The translations under genes were made by a program, and so were the position numbers. The notes below the pieces were generated by a model. The model had not been told where the DNA came from. It did not search any database and was given only the letters and a program-made list of their open reading frames with translations. Positions 38,070-47,357 of a DNA stretch of 59,260 bases are shown in pieces. The stretch's first letter is position 1; each line of letters starts with the position of its first letter. This DNA is from a virus (lineage: Duplodnaviria; Caudoviricetes): positions 1 through 59,260 of IMG/VR virus record IMGVR_UViG_3300027741_000071. One strand, given 5' to 3'.

Positions 38070-41000
38070 ATGGGTGACGAACACATTGACATTGATGCTG
38101 CTTTAAAAGATCACCCCGCAGATGTAGTTGCCGCTGAGCTGGCAAAACTCCACGGTGTGGATCGTGACGCGTATTTAAAAGATGGTGTCACTGACGACCA
38201 ATTTTTAAATGAAATGCGTGGACAGGCACTGCCCAAAACAGAAGCGCCCGCCCCCACACAAGAGTCAACTCTTTCTGAACCCAACAACGCTACTAACGTT
38301 GTGTATGGCACAATTGCCGCGGCAGCTCCCGCTGCTGCTGGTTATGCTGCTAACAAGCTCAAGGGCGTAGCATTATCTGTTGCTGGGAGTAAGGGTGTTC
38401 CTTCAATGGATACCACAACACCTTCAAAAACTTTTGCATCTCCCAGTCAGGTCAGCGCGCGCGTAACGCAAGCGGGCCAACCACCACGCCCAAGTGGCCC
38501 AACCGATGTGGTTAATTGGGCGTCGGGTAAAGACGAGCGTACCGGCCAATATGGCCGCGGTTACCTGGGCGGTACAAGTCTTGAGCACGAAGCTGCGTTG
38601 CACAAACAAGCCGACGCGTTGGAAGCAAAAAGCCCCGGCTACAAAATTAAACCAGGGACATCTAATTTTCTAATTCCAGAGGCTGAGTACAACAAACTGG
38701 TTAGTGAAGCCAAAACAGCTGAAACCTCCGCTAAAGAGGCATTAAGTAACAAAGCTAAGATGGCCGCGGAGCTGCGTGCTAATCGTTTGGCTCAAATTAA
38801 TTCAACCAACGTACCAGCTAAAATCGCTAATAATATTAGTAGCGCCCCTGTAGCTAAACGCTTTATGACTGGCTATAACGTTGGCGATTTGTTGCAAGCA
38901 CAAAACCCATTTGAGGCAACTGTTTCGGCCGCTGGTGCTGCAGCTCCTTATGGTGCGGGAATGGTTGAAAAATTCATACCGCAAAAATACAAAGGACTTG
39001 CAAAACTGTTAGGCCCTGTAGTTAGCACTGCAGCACCTGCAATTAATTACCTTGAGCGCAAGTTGATTTCCCCATCTCAGCAACAAGATGAAAGCAATAT
39101 AAACCACGCAGCCGGTGGATCTATACAAGGCTATGCTGGTGGAAAAGCCGTCAAAGGTGCGCTGGATTTTTTGTTCAAACCCCGGCCAACACAAATCGTA
39201 AGAGCAAGCGAAGCGTTGGCACCACACGAAGGAAAGTATCTAGGTCTAACACAGACAGATAATTTTGGTGTGCATGGGGATCGTATGGGTGGCAATCAAT
39301 TTCCTAACTTCCAAAATATAAAGCCATTGCATCAACAGCACGGCGTTGTGTGGATGAACGACGCTGAGAAGCATGCACAAGACATGGTCAAGCGTAGTAA
39401 TGACAACACGGTTTGGTCAACATACATTGGCGCACCGGATCAATTGAAATCCAACAAAACGGTTTTCAATGACATTTTGCAACAACATTACAAAAGAGAT
39501 TTGACACCAGAGCAGATTGATTTAATTAACAAGCGCATTGAAACCTTGCGCCCTGCTCCTGGTAAACCTCTTGTCTTCCCACAGAAGTTTGACATCCAAG
39601 ACAAGTTTGCCGCACAAGAATTGGGTGGTGATACATTTGCACGCCGTGCTGCGTTGGCTGATATGCTTGGTATGGGTAAAGGTGTTGGCTCAACCAAGAG
39701 CGGCATCGCTATGCCAGACTACGAAAACATCTTGCGATCACACCGTGATCCGATAACAGAGGGTGTTCCAACAAGTTCTGTTGGCTCTCGTTTGTTTACA
39801 GTCGACCCAACTAGGAATGCACAGTTTACACAAGACTTCCATCCCGATTACAACTACGCTGTGTTTGGTAAAGACCAAGGCGTGCAGTTTAATCCTGTGC
39901 CACAAAACTTAGCTGTACCTGATTGGTATAACGAGATCAACGCGCGCGCACCAGGTAAGACACATGGTAACGCATGGTTCTCATACATGAACAACCCCCA
40001 GCGAATCACTGAGGAGTATTTGACTAACCTGCAAAAAGCTGGTCACGCCGAAGGTGGTGAAGTGCAGGGTTACGCTGGCGGAAAGGCTGTGACTGGTGCG
40101 TTGGAGTACATCGGAAAAAAGATATTGCCCGCGGCTGAGCGGGAGGCCAACAAGGCCAAGTATTTAGAAAACAGTGTTGTTAAAACGCCGATGTACCACG
40201 GCACATCCAGCGACATAACAGAATTCAAGCCAAGAACCGCTAACACTATTTTTGTTACGTCTAACCCACGATTCGCTCAAACGTTCGGTGACGCTCACCA
40301 GCAACGGTTAGTGAAAAATGTAAAAGACAGAATGCCCGATAAAGAGTTTCTGGACATTATGCGTGGCGGCGGTTACGACAACTTAGATACCGTTGTTAAT
40401 TTGGGACTGCCTGCACGTCAAAACATTATGCCTGTGCATGTGAATGCAACAAACCCTTTCGACTACGAGAACCCACAGCATGTTGAATCATTGTTTAACG
40501 AACTCAGCAAAGCCGATGGCGCACCATCTACTCATTCTTTAAGTCACGGTGCTTGGAATTTACTCGAGCTCCCACACGTACAAGCTGGCATTAAAAACCT
40601 TGGCCATGATTCGTACTTCGTGCAAGAAGGTGGGCAAAAGAATTTAGGTCTGTACAAGCCAGAACAAATTAAATCTGCAATCGGTAATGAAGGTTCTTTC
40701 AACCCATTAGACCCAGACATCACTAAGAAAGAAGGTGGTGAGGTCGAGGGCTACGCCGGCGGTAAGGCTGTCGGTAAAGTAATCAGCCAGGTCCCTGAAG
40801 TGGCTCAGGCATTGGAAGCATACTTACGTGGGCACATCTCCAACGCTGAGCGCATGGACATTTTAAATAAGCACTTGCCTATTCGCAAATGGAACGAGCT
40901 GCCACCAAACTATACCAACGAACAGATCCGCGCAGCGTTGATGGCAAACAAGCAACCTAAAGCATTGGCTGAGGTTCCCGTTGGCATGCAGGTAGGCAAT

Positions 41001-41741
41001 CGACTGGATATCCCAGCTTACACACAAAACGGCGTGTACGTAGACACCGTGCACAACGCAAAGGGCGCTCCAATCAGCTACAACCGCACTGGTCACCTGA
41101 AGGATGTTGAATTTAGCTCTAAACCCAACCAGGCGGTTCGTGTAGGCCTTGGAACCAAGGAGCAGGCCCTTACCCCTATGGGCGCTGAAATGGGCTCTGG
41201 AAAGTCCCCTTTTGCGCTTATGAAGGGTACTAACATCGGCACCCACGATGACGAAGTGCGCCGCATGATGCAAGAGTATCTGAACGATCCTAACTGGACA
41301 CAGATCGGCATGGACCCACGCCGTAACTCTCAGTTCTATGACAAGTCTACCGGCTTACCAGTTTTCTCCGCAACCGAGAAGCTACAGTCTGGTCCGTTAG
41401 TTATGGTGCCAAAAGGTGGCCTCGAGTCATCGCACTGGGAAGACCCGCGTTTGTTGCTGTCTGACTTTGAGGGCAAGCACTATGCCGGTGGTGGACACGC
41501 TACACCAGCATGGCAACGCTCAGAGGGTAAGAACCCAGAAGGTGGATTGAACGCTGCTGGACGTGCGTCATACAACCGTGAACACGGCGCTCACTTAAAA
41601 GCACCGCAGCCCGAGGGTGGATCACGTAGAGATTCTTTCTGTGCCCGGATGGAAGGCATGAAGAAAAAGAATACGTCGTCTGAAACGGCCAACGATCCAG
41701 ACTCACGCATCAACAAGTCGCTACGTAAGTGGAAGTGTTAA
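38070..41741 (+). CDS. Polyvalent multidomain protein with ADP-ribosyltransferase-like (ART-PolyVal-like) module
   Basis: MYHGT..F...IFVT.NP.FA..F...IMPV.V...NPFDY...GHDS...EQIKSAIGN.G.F; C-terminal TPAWQRSEGKNPEGGLN...RINKSLRKWKC; modules separated by GG linkers. Confidence 0.75.
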   Translation: MGDEHIDIDAALKDHPADVVAAELAKLHGVDRDAYLKDGVTDDQFLNEMRGQALPKTEAPAPTQESTLSEPNNATNVVYGTIAAAAPAAAGYAANKLKGVALSVAGSKGVPSMDTTTPSKTFASPSQVSARVTQAGQPPRPSGPTDVVNWASGKDERTGQYGRGYLGGTSLEHEAALHKQADALEAKSPGYKIKPGTSNFLIPEAEYNKLVSEAKTAETSAKEALSNKAKMAAELRANRLAQINSTNVPAKIANNISSAPVAKRFMTGYNVGDLLQAQNPFEATVSAAGAAAPYGAGMVEKFIPQKYKGLAKLLGPVVSTAAPAINYLERKLISPSQQQDESNINHAAGGSIQGYAGGKAVKGALDFLFKPRPTQIVRASEALAPHEGKYLGLTQTDNFGVHGDRMGGNQFPNFQNIKPLHQQHGVVWMNDAEKHAQDMVKRSNDNTVWSTYIGAPDQLKSNKTVFNDILQQHYKRDLTPEQIDLINKRIETLRPAPGKPLVFPQKFDIQDKFAAQELGGDTFARRAALADMLGMGKGVGSTKSGIAMPDYENILRSHRDPITEGVPTSSVGSRLFTVDPTRNAQFTQDFHPDYNYAVFGKDQGVQFNPVPQNLAVPDWYNEINARAPGKTHGNAWFSYMNNPQRITEEYLTNLQKAGHAEGGEVQGYAGGKAVTGALEYIGKKILPAAEREANKAKYLENSVVKTPMYHGTSSDITEFKPRTANTIFVTSNPRFAQTFGDAHQQRLVKNVKDRMPDKEFLDIMRGGGYDNLDTVVNLGLPARQNIMPVHVNATNPFDYENPQHVESLFNELSKADGAPSTHSLSHGAWNLLELPHVQAGIKNLGHDSYFVQEGGQKNLGLYKPEQIKSAIGNEGSFNPLDPDITKKEGGEVEGYAGGKAVGKVISQVPEVAQALEAYLRGHISNAERMDILNKHLPIRKWNELPPNYTNEQIRAALMANKQPKALAEVPVGMQVGNRLDIPAYTQNGVYVDTVHNAKGAPISYNRTGHLKDVEFSSKPNQAVRVGLGTKEQALTPMGAEMGSGKSPFALMKGTNIGTHDDEVRRMMQEYLNDPNWTQIGMDPRRNSQFYDKSTGLPVFSATEKLQSGPLVMVPKGGLESSHWEDPRLLLSDFEGKHYAGGGHATPAWQRSEGKNPEGGLNAAGRASYNREHGAHLKAPQPEGGSRRDSFCARMEGMKKKNTSSETANDPDSRINKSLRKWKC

Positions 41742-42014
41742 TTAACCGTACTTTTTAATAAACGCTTTAAGTTTACGAACTTCACCACGGGCCCATTTCC
41801 TGCCGTGTGGGTCATCGGTGTGGTCAAACTCACCGGCAAGTGCATCACCATTAATGTGGCCTGACTCATAAAAGGTCGACAACACATACTCGGCTTCTTT
41901 GACAATTTCCAAGTCGGTGTAATCTTCGATTTGTTTCTTGTCGTCGGTTGAAATGTTTTCGAGGTCGTAAGCCAACTCGTCAATAGCCAACGCGGATTTA
42001 ATAATCTGTTTCAT
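41742..42014 (-). CDS. Hypothetical protein
   Basis: ATG at 42014; stop abuts the + strand stop (TTAATTAA). Confidence 0.65.
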   Translation of the reverse strand: MKQIIKSALAIDELAYDLENISTDDKKQIEDYTDLEIVKEAEYVLSTFYESGHINGDALAGEFDHTDDPHGRKWARGEVRKLKAFIKKYG

Positions 42015-42116
42015 TTTTAGCCTTTTTAGTTTGTGTGCCATTATCGACACAAATACATTATACAATAAAAAACACTGTATAACACTGTATACAGTGTAAA
42101 GAATTGTAAAGTTGGG

Positions 42117-44036
42117 TCACTTTCTGTAACGTTTTCCGAACCAACCCTCAGCTGCAAGAGGAAAATCAGGAGCCCATGAAGGCGGAGTTGTCATAATACG
42201 AACAACATCCTCCAACATGGGCTCTGCGTTTTGTTCTGGCACAATTAGGAGCACTTCATCATGGATACTATTACACACGTTGTAACCGGCGTCTTCAAGG
42301 CTAAGCATAGCAAAGGCCAGAAAATCACGCGCAGTTCCCTGGACCCCAGATTGGAATATGCTAGACCCGATGAGTTGGTTACGCCCCCAGACGCGCGTGT
42401 AGGTGTTCTGGCTGGCGACTGTGACACCGAGCTTTTCAGCACCCCATGGGGTGGTGACGAGCTCAGCCTGTGGCCTCTGCCAACAGATCAAACGCTTGCT
42501 AGGTAACTGCATCCACAGCGCATCTTTGGCGACCTTCATGGTCAAATAACGGCCGGCTTTATACGGCTCCCCTGGGTTCTGTATTGCCTGGATTGCTGCT
42601 TCTTCGCAGGCACCCCACAAAGCCTTAACCTTGTGGTATGAAGTGCGGTAGTTGTCTACCGCATTTTTTGCTTGCGCTTCTGATAGTCTGACTCCCATCC
42701 CCTCAGCGTATTTGACAAGTCCTTTAGACCCTTGTCCGAACATTGCTCCAAGAACTGCGGATTTGGAAACCTGCCGTTGATCCTTCGTAACCTGATCGTA
42801 AGGTACATGATATAGGCTTTCCGATGCAAAGACTTTATACTCATCTAATCCCTTTCTGAAAAGTTCCACTTTGTTTGCTTGGGCTGCAATATATACACCC
42901 ACCCTGTTTTCGATCGAGCTAAAATCGACGTCCACGAAGGTAAATCCGTCAGGAGCACAGATAGCAGAACGAACGAGTGAGGCGAGTTCGGACATTTCGC
43001 CAGCTCCCTGCTCAAAGACACGGACAATCGCTTCTTCAATTTGTTTGTCGTTAAGAACGGGACGTGCAATATTTTGGAGATTAAGTCCACCACGCGAAGA
43101 CCAACGGCCAGTAGACGCGCCGTGATAGACCAAGGTATTTCGTATTTTCCCATTTCTTTGAATCTCTAACATTTTAGCGTACTTAGCCACGCTAGTCTGG
43201 CTGCCTTCTTGGCGTAACTGTAAAGCACGTTTAACATCTGGTGGTAAGCTGGCGCTTACTAACTTAGCTGAAACGGTCTTCTCGGTCATGTCGTCTAGTT
43301 TGGCACCGCGCGCATTTAACCAATCAAGCAATTTAGCGCGCTCTGAGGGCTTGCAACCGGTTAGGGCTACCGTCTCCTCATCCAACTTGTTTTGGGCCGC
43401 TTCTACGGCCTTTACAGCGTTCTGAAGCTCCTTTGGATTGACTGGCACACCACGCAGGTTAATGCGCTGTGTGAGTTCCCAAACGCGCTGTTCTTCGGCA
43501 TTCAGCGCGCGCAGGCCGGCAACGATGGACATCTCTGTTCTTACGTCTTGCTTACAGTATTCATACAACTGTGCAAGCAGTTCCGGATCATTCTCAAACT
43601 CACCCTTGCGGTTTGGTTTGCACAACTTCTGAATCAACTTGGCCCCGATGGGGTCTTTTTTATGGGCTGCATCCATGAAGGTGCCGGCGTCATCCAAACC
43701 CTGGGGGATATTACTTGCGGCTGCAATCGCCATGGAGTCAATACATTGTTCCAGTTTGAGCTCAGGCCAGCCATACTTTGGCACACATACGCAGTTCCAG
43801 ATCGCGTATTCAAACATGGCATTCCATGCTTGTATCTTGCCACCTTCGCCCACGTGACATAAAAGCCGGTCTAGCGGACCTTTTGTGTCTTTTGGTGTCA
43901 TAACGTCCACTTTATCGGACGTTGTGCCAAATGCAATACACAACACTTCTGTTGTGTAATCGTTTGCGTAGTTGTCTAGCCCAACATCTGGTAGGTTGGC
44001 CAAACTACGCGTTTCAAAGTCTATCGAATAAATCAT
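42117..44036 (-). CDS. polA: DNA polymerase family A with 3'-5' exonuclease domain
   Basis: IDFET, AWNAMFE, YCKQDV, TGRWSS, DFSSIE, R..SK..VLG..FG, IHDE. Confidence 0.95.
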   Translation of the reverse strand: MIYSIDFETRSLANLPDVGLDNYANDYTTEVLCIAFGTTSDKVDVMTPKDTKGPLDRLLCHVGEGGKIQAWNAMFEYAIWNCVCVPKYGWPELKLEQCIDSMAIAAASNIPQGLDDAGTFMDAAHKKDPIGAKLIQKLCKPNRKGEFENDPELLAQLYEYCKQDVRTEMSIVAGLRALNAEEQRVWELTQRINLRGVPVNPKELQNAVKAVEAAQNKLDEETVALTGCKPSERAKLLDWLNARGAKLDDMTEKTVSAKLVSASLPPDVKRALQLRQEGSQTSVAKYAKMLEIQRNGKIRNTLVYHGASTGRWSSRGGLNLQNIARPVLNDKQIEEAIVRVFEQGAGEMSELASLVRSAICAPDGFTFVDVDFSSIENRVGVYIAAQANKVELFRKGLDEYKVFASESLYHVPYDQVTKDQRQVSKSAVLGAMFGQGSKGLVKYAEGMGVRLSEAQAKNAVDNYRTSYHKVKALWGACEEAAIQAIQNPGEPYKAGRYLTMKVAKDALWMQLPSKRLICWQRPQAELVTTPWGAEKLGVTVASQNTYTRVWGRNQLIGSSIFQSGVQGTARDFLAFAMLSLEDAGYNVCNSIHDEVLLIVPEQNAEPMLEDVVRIMTTPPSWAPDFPLAAEGWFGKRYRK

Positions 44037-44069
44037 TATTGCTCCCAAGGCATGCCGACGAATCGGCGG

Positions 44070-44094
44070 AAAAAATGGGGGGCCGTAGCCCCCC
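44070..44094 (-). terminator. Rho-independent terminator after RNR
   Basis: GGGGGG stem with CCCCCC, followed by T tract on - strand. Confidence 0.65.
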
Positions 44095-44117
44095 GAACAC
44101 CACTACAAGGAAAACTA

Positions 44118-45995
44118 TTATATCTCACAAACTCCGGCAACGCAAGCGAGCATTTGAGCGCCCTCTACGTTGTCCGTAACTTCTTTAAAAGCAGTCCAAT
44201 CAATGACAGGCATTTTAGCTTTAAGTTCGTCATATTCCTCTTTAGTGCACTCCTCGTATGGCGCCTGGCGATATGTGCCGCCATCGTATGGGAGGTATGA
44301 AACGCCGCTAATTTCAGCAAAATGGTCCCACGTCCACGCTCCAACGCTTGGCCAATCTTTCTCTTCAACGGATATTGTAACAGACGGTTTATGTTCGCAC
44401 CAATGTTGCTGATAGGTGAGCCATAAAGAGAGGTGTCCAATAGGTGTGACATCTGCTCGCGTAAGGCCATCGGGTGCTCGTTGGGGGAAAGAGAAGACCA
44501 CAGTCTGTTCAGGTTTGTAGACACAGTCCTCGGCAGGTACTCCGGTCTCTCTAAGAAACTGGCTAAGAGGGTCTTTCTTATCGCCTCGTACTCTTCGGAT
44601 GTAATATTTGGCGTGCCTTGGATGAATTCCAGAAGCGGTGTCAGTGAGCTGGGAGACTGTCCCACTCGGTTTGACACATGTGATAGCACAGCTTTCAGGT
44701 ATTCCGAGGATGGATGCCCATTCTGTATTAGTAACGCGAGCAGTTTCTCGCAAGGTGTCGAGTAATTCATTTAACTTTTCTCCCTCTGTGCAGAGTAGTT
44801 TGTTATCGTAAATGCCAGTGATGGAAACGCCCAACAAGCGCTCCTCTTCGGTGTTACGTTGCCACACCTTACGCAGGTACGGAAACTTGGTAAACGTCGA
44901 CTGGATGGTGCCCAGGATCGTTGCCAGCTTAACCTTTTCAATCAAGGTCTCAGGCGTGTCATCGTGGCGCGCTATAACCTCAGTAAGATTACAGAACTGA
45001 TTCGGTCTGAGGATAATCTCCGAGCAAGGATTAGTTCCGAACTCAAAGTTTGGATCTCTATGCCCATATTTTGCAACCGTCTTTTGAGCAGCTTCCCGAT
45101 TAAAAATCCCTCTCTCACCGGAATGGGAGTTGTAAAGTGACAACCACTCTTCCATGAACTTTCCAACAGTAGGTGTTTCACTATACACCGCACTGTTGTT
45201 CGCAAGAGCGCGGTGGGGCGCTGTTTCCCACCAAGGGCCAGCTTTAGCATAACGGATCCTTTCATCATCCAGGTCAGACAAACTAATCATGGCCGAGCGA
45301 CGCACGCCACCAACCACAACAACCTCACCAATTTTACACATCAGGTCATGGCACTCGAGTGTGTGCAAACGACGGCCCTTTGCGTTCTTAAACATGTTGA
45401 CTGCAAAGTTAAACAAGTCAACCAACGGCTCAGGACCAGATGCACGGCCACCAAATGTCTTCAAGCGCGCGCCAGCTGGACGTACCTTAGACACGTCCCA
45501 TTTTGGGATCTCGCCGGCGTATAGATGTGCCAGCAACAAACGCAAAGACTTAGCCCAACCCTCTTTGCTGTCATGCACTGCGATCACGTGGTCGGAGTCA
45601 AACAACTTCTCTGGCACCTCTGGTAACTGCGACACGTATTTGTTCTCTATAGAGAATCCAACGCCGGTGCCACAGAGCAAAATGAACATGGCTTCGTCAA
45701 ATGCCTTGACGTCGTCCACTGGCAAATAGCTGCAGTTATACATGCAGGTGTTGTCACGATCTGCTGCTTTGCCAGATGTCATCATGGCGCGCATAGAAGG
45801 CATTACTTTAAGGTCTTTAATTGCGTTATATATTTTGTCGCGCAATTCACTGTTATTTGATGATAAAACCGGTGTACGGCTAAAAATGTAATCTACAAAA
45901 CGTTGTGTGGTTTCATCCCAAGTTTCGCGTCGGCCTTTGTCATCTAGAAAACGGGCGTAACGACTTGCTGCAATATATTCCTGATACTGATCCAT
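44118..45995 (-). CDS. nrdJ: Ribonucleotide reductase class II (adenosylcobalamin-dependent)
   Basis: YNCS, GTGVGFS, GGVRRSA, RALANNS, TNPCSEI, CNL, TCVKPSGT, C-terminal CVAGVCEI; no beta subunit in the window. Confidence 0.92.
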   Translation of the reverse strand: MDQYQEYIAASRYARFLDDKGRRETWDETTQRFVDYIFSRTPVLSSNNSELRDKIYNAIKDLKVMPSMRAMMTSGKAADRDNTCMYNCSYLPVDDVKAFDEAMFILLCGTGVGFSIENKYVSQLPEVPEKLFDSDHVIAVHDSKEGWAKSLRLLLAHLYAGEIPKWDVSKVRPAGARLKTFGGRASGPEPLVDLFNFAVNMFKNAKGRRLHTLECHDLMCKIGEVVVVGGVRRSAMISLSDLDDERIRYAKAGPWWETAPHRALANNSAVYSETPTVGKFMEEWLSLYNSHSGERGIFNREAAQKTVAKYGHRDPNFEFGTNPCSEIILRPNQFCNLTEVIARHDDTPETLIEKVKLATILGTIQSTFTKFPYLRKVWQRNTEEERLLGVSITGIYDNKLLCTEGEKLNELLDTLRETARVTNTEWASILGIPESCAITCVKPSGTVSQLTDTASGIHPRHAKYYIRRVRGDKKDPLSQFLRETGVPAEDCVYKPEQTVVFSFPQRAPDGLTRADVTPIGHLSLWLTYQQHWCEHKPSVTISVEEKDWPSVGAWTWDHFAEISGVSYLPYDGGTYRQAPYEECTKEEYDELKAKMPVIDWTAFKEVTDNVEGAQMLACVAGVCEI

Positions 45996-46023
45996 GGTGT
46001 ATTGTTGTTATTGATTGATTGAT

Positions 46024-46054
46024 AAAAAAGGGCGAACCACATAGTGATCCGCCC
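46024..46054 (-). terminator. Rho-independent terminator after SSB
   Basis: GGGCGGATCAC..GTGGTTCGCCC followed by TTTTTT on - strand. Confidence 0.75.
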
Positions 46055-46074
46055 GCGTGTTACATGTAACCTAC

Positions 46075-46590
46075 TTACACAGCGAAGTCTGCTGCTGCGT
46101 TTGTAGCGCCACCAAGTTTCTCACCGTCTTCCAACTTCTGAACGTTGTTAAGACCGGCTGCAATGCCCTTTGAACCACTTGCATCGTATGGATACAGTGT
46201 GATAGAAGCACGGCCGTAGCAACCGCTGTAGAACTCGCTCTTATCCATGATCGGTTCCAAGTCGGCGTCGACAATGCCTGGCTTCTCGTTAGAGTTTGCG
46301 TTGATGAAATAGTGACCCGCATAGATTGGATCATCTTTTTCTGCGTCGCCATCACGCAAGCCACCTTTGAGTAACTTGGGCACTGAACCACCAAAGAAGG
46401 CCGCGTTAGCTTTCTTGATGTCTTCAAAGGCCGCTGTGAAGCGCTTGATTGTTTCTGTATCTGATTTGGGGATCAGAATAGATGCAGAGTATTTCAACTG
46501 TTTGTTCAGTGTCTCTGCAGGCTCGAAAACGTGCACAAAAGAGAAACGAACTTTGCCAGTAACGAACTTGGCTTTGACTGATTTAGACAT
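46075..46590 (-). CDS. Single-stranded DNA-binding protein (DUF2815/T7 gp2.5-like)
   Basis: VRFSFVHVFEP, KYS..ILIPK.D, LRDGD, FYSGCY, GLNNVQKL.DGE.LGG. Confidence 0.85.
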   Translation of the reverse strand: MSKSVKAKFVTGKVRFSFVHVFEPAETLNKQLKYSASILIPKSDTETIKRFTAAFEDIKKANAAFFGGSVPKLLKGGLRDGDAEKDDPIYAGHYFINANSNEKPGIVDADLEPIMDKSEFYSGCYGRASITLYPYDASGSKGIAAGLNNVQKLEDGEKLGGATNAAADFAV

Positions 46591-46660
46591 TTTAGACTTT
46601 TTCCATTTTAGATTGCACCGGGTTTGAAGGTACCGGCACGTTGACCTTTTCTTGCCATGA

Positions 46661-46672
46661 TATTAATGCAAA
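46661..46672 (-). promoter_or_regulatory. Putative middle promoter TTTGCATTAATA (core only)
   Basis: Upstream of SSB; no GGGC element at the conserved spacing. Confidence 0.7.
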
Positions 46673-46688
46673 CATCTGGCAAAAACTT

Positions 46689-46949
46689 TCATGCATCGTA
46701 AAAAACTCCCAAAGTGCGCATTGCTTCTCGCATAGCTAACACTCTCTGGAGATCGTTTACGTAGTCGGGGTTCTTCATTAACTCTGGGTGGTCCCACACA
46801 CATTGTGTTACATCCAGAATGCTACGCCTCAACCTAAGCACATCATCTCTTTTCTCACCGCCGGGTAGTTGCTCAAAGTCTTTTAGGTACTGGGACACCA
46901 TGACTTGAGGAACACTTTTAGCGATGGTATTTAAATCAAGATATACCAC
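46689..46949 (-). CDS. Hypothetical protein
   Basis: GTG start with GGAG RBS. Confidence 0.6.
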   Translation of the reverse strand: MVYLDLNTIAKSVPQVMVSQYLKDFEQLPGGEKRDDVLRLRRSILDVTQCVWDHPELMKNPDYVNDLQRVLAMREAMRTLGVFYDA

Positions 46950-47103
46950 ATTCTACTCCAGCTTTTGCGACCATGTAAAGCCCCACGTTGCCTAGCGCGT
47001 AGCCAAAGAAGCTAATTGCCAGGCCGGTGTTGCCCTTAAACAACAGATCGCAACCAATGTAGAAGTAGACCAAACCGATGCCAGCAATTAACCATGCACT
47101 CAT
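46936..47103 (-). CDS. Small two-TM membrane protein (55 aa, not in ORF track)
   Basis: MSAWLIAGIGLVYFYIG...FFGYALGNVGLY; ATGA overlap. Confidence 0.68.
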   Translation of the reverse strand: MSAWLIAGIGLVYFYIGCDLLFKGNTGLAISFFGYALGNVGLYMVAKAGVECGIS

Positions 47104-47357
47104 ACGATTTCCTCAAAGAATACTGGAGTGTTTTCTCCGACGTATGAACCGACCATGTTAAAGTAGTAATACTCGATGGCTTCAACTTCGTTCATCTTGT
47201 CGACCTTCATAAGTATTTCAAGAATCTTATCAACGTTGTAGCAAACCAATGGCTTACTGCACTGGTAAACAACCCCCATGATTGCGTCGTCAAAGTATGG
47301 TTCGGTTAAGAACAACAGCTCATCGCCGTACATTTCTGCTAGTTCTTCACGTGTCAT
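47100..47357 (-). CDS. Conserved hypothetical phage protein
   Basis: FDDAI.G...Y..EAIEY..FN..GSYVGE.TP. Confidence 0.75.
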   Translation of the reverse strand: MTREELAEMYGDELLFLTEPYFDDAIMGVVYQCSKPLVCYNVDKILEILMKVDKMNEVEAIEYYYFNMVGSYVGENTPVFFEEIV

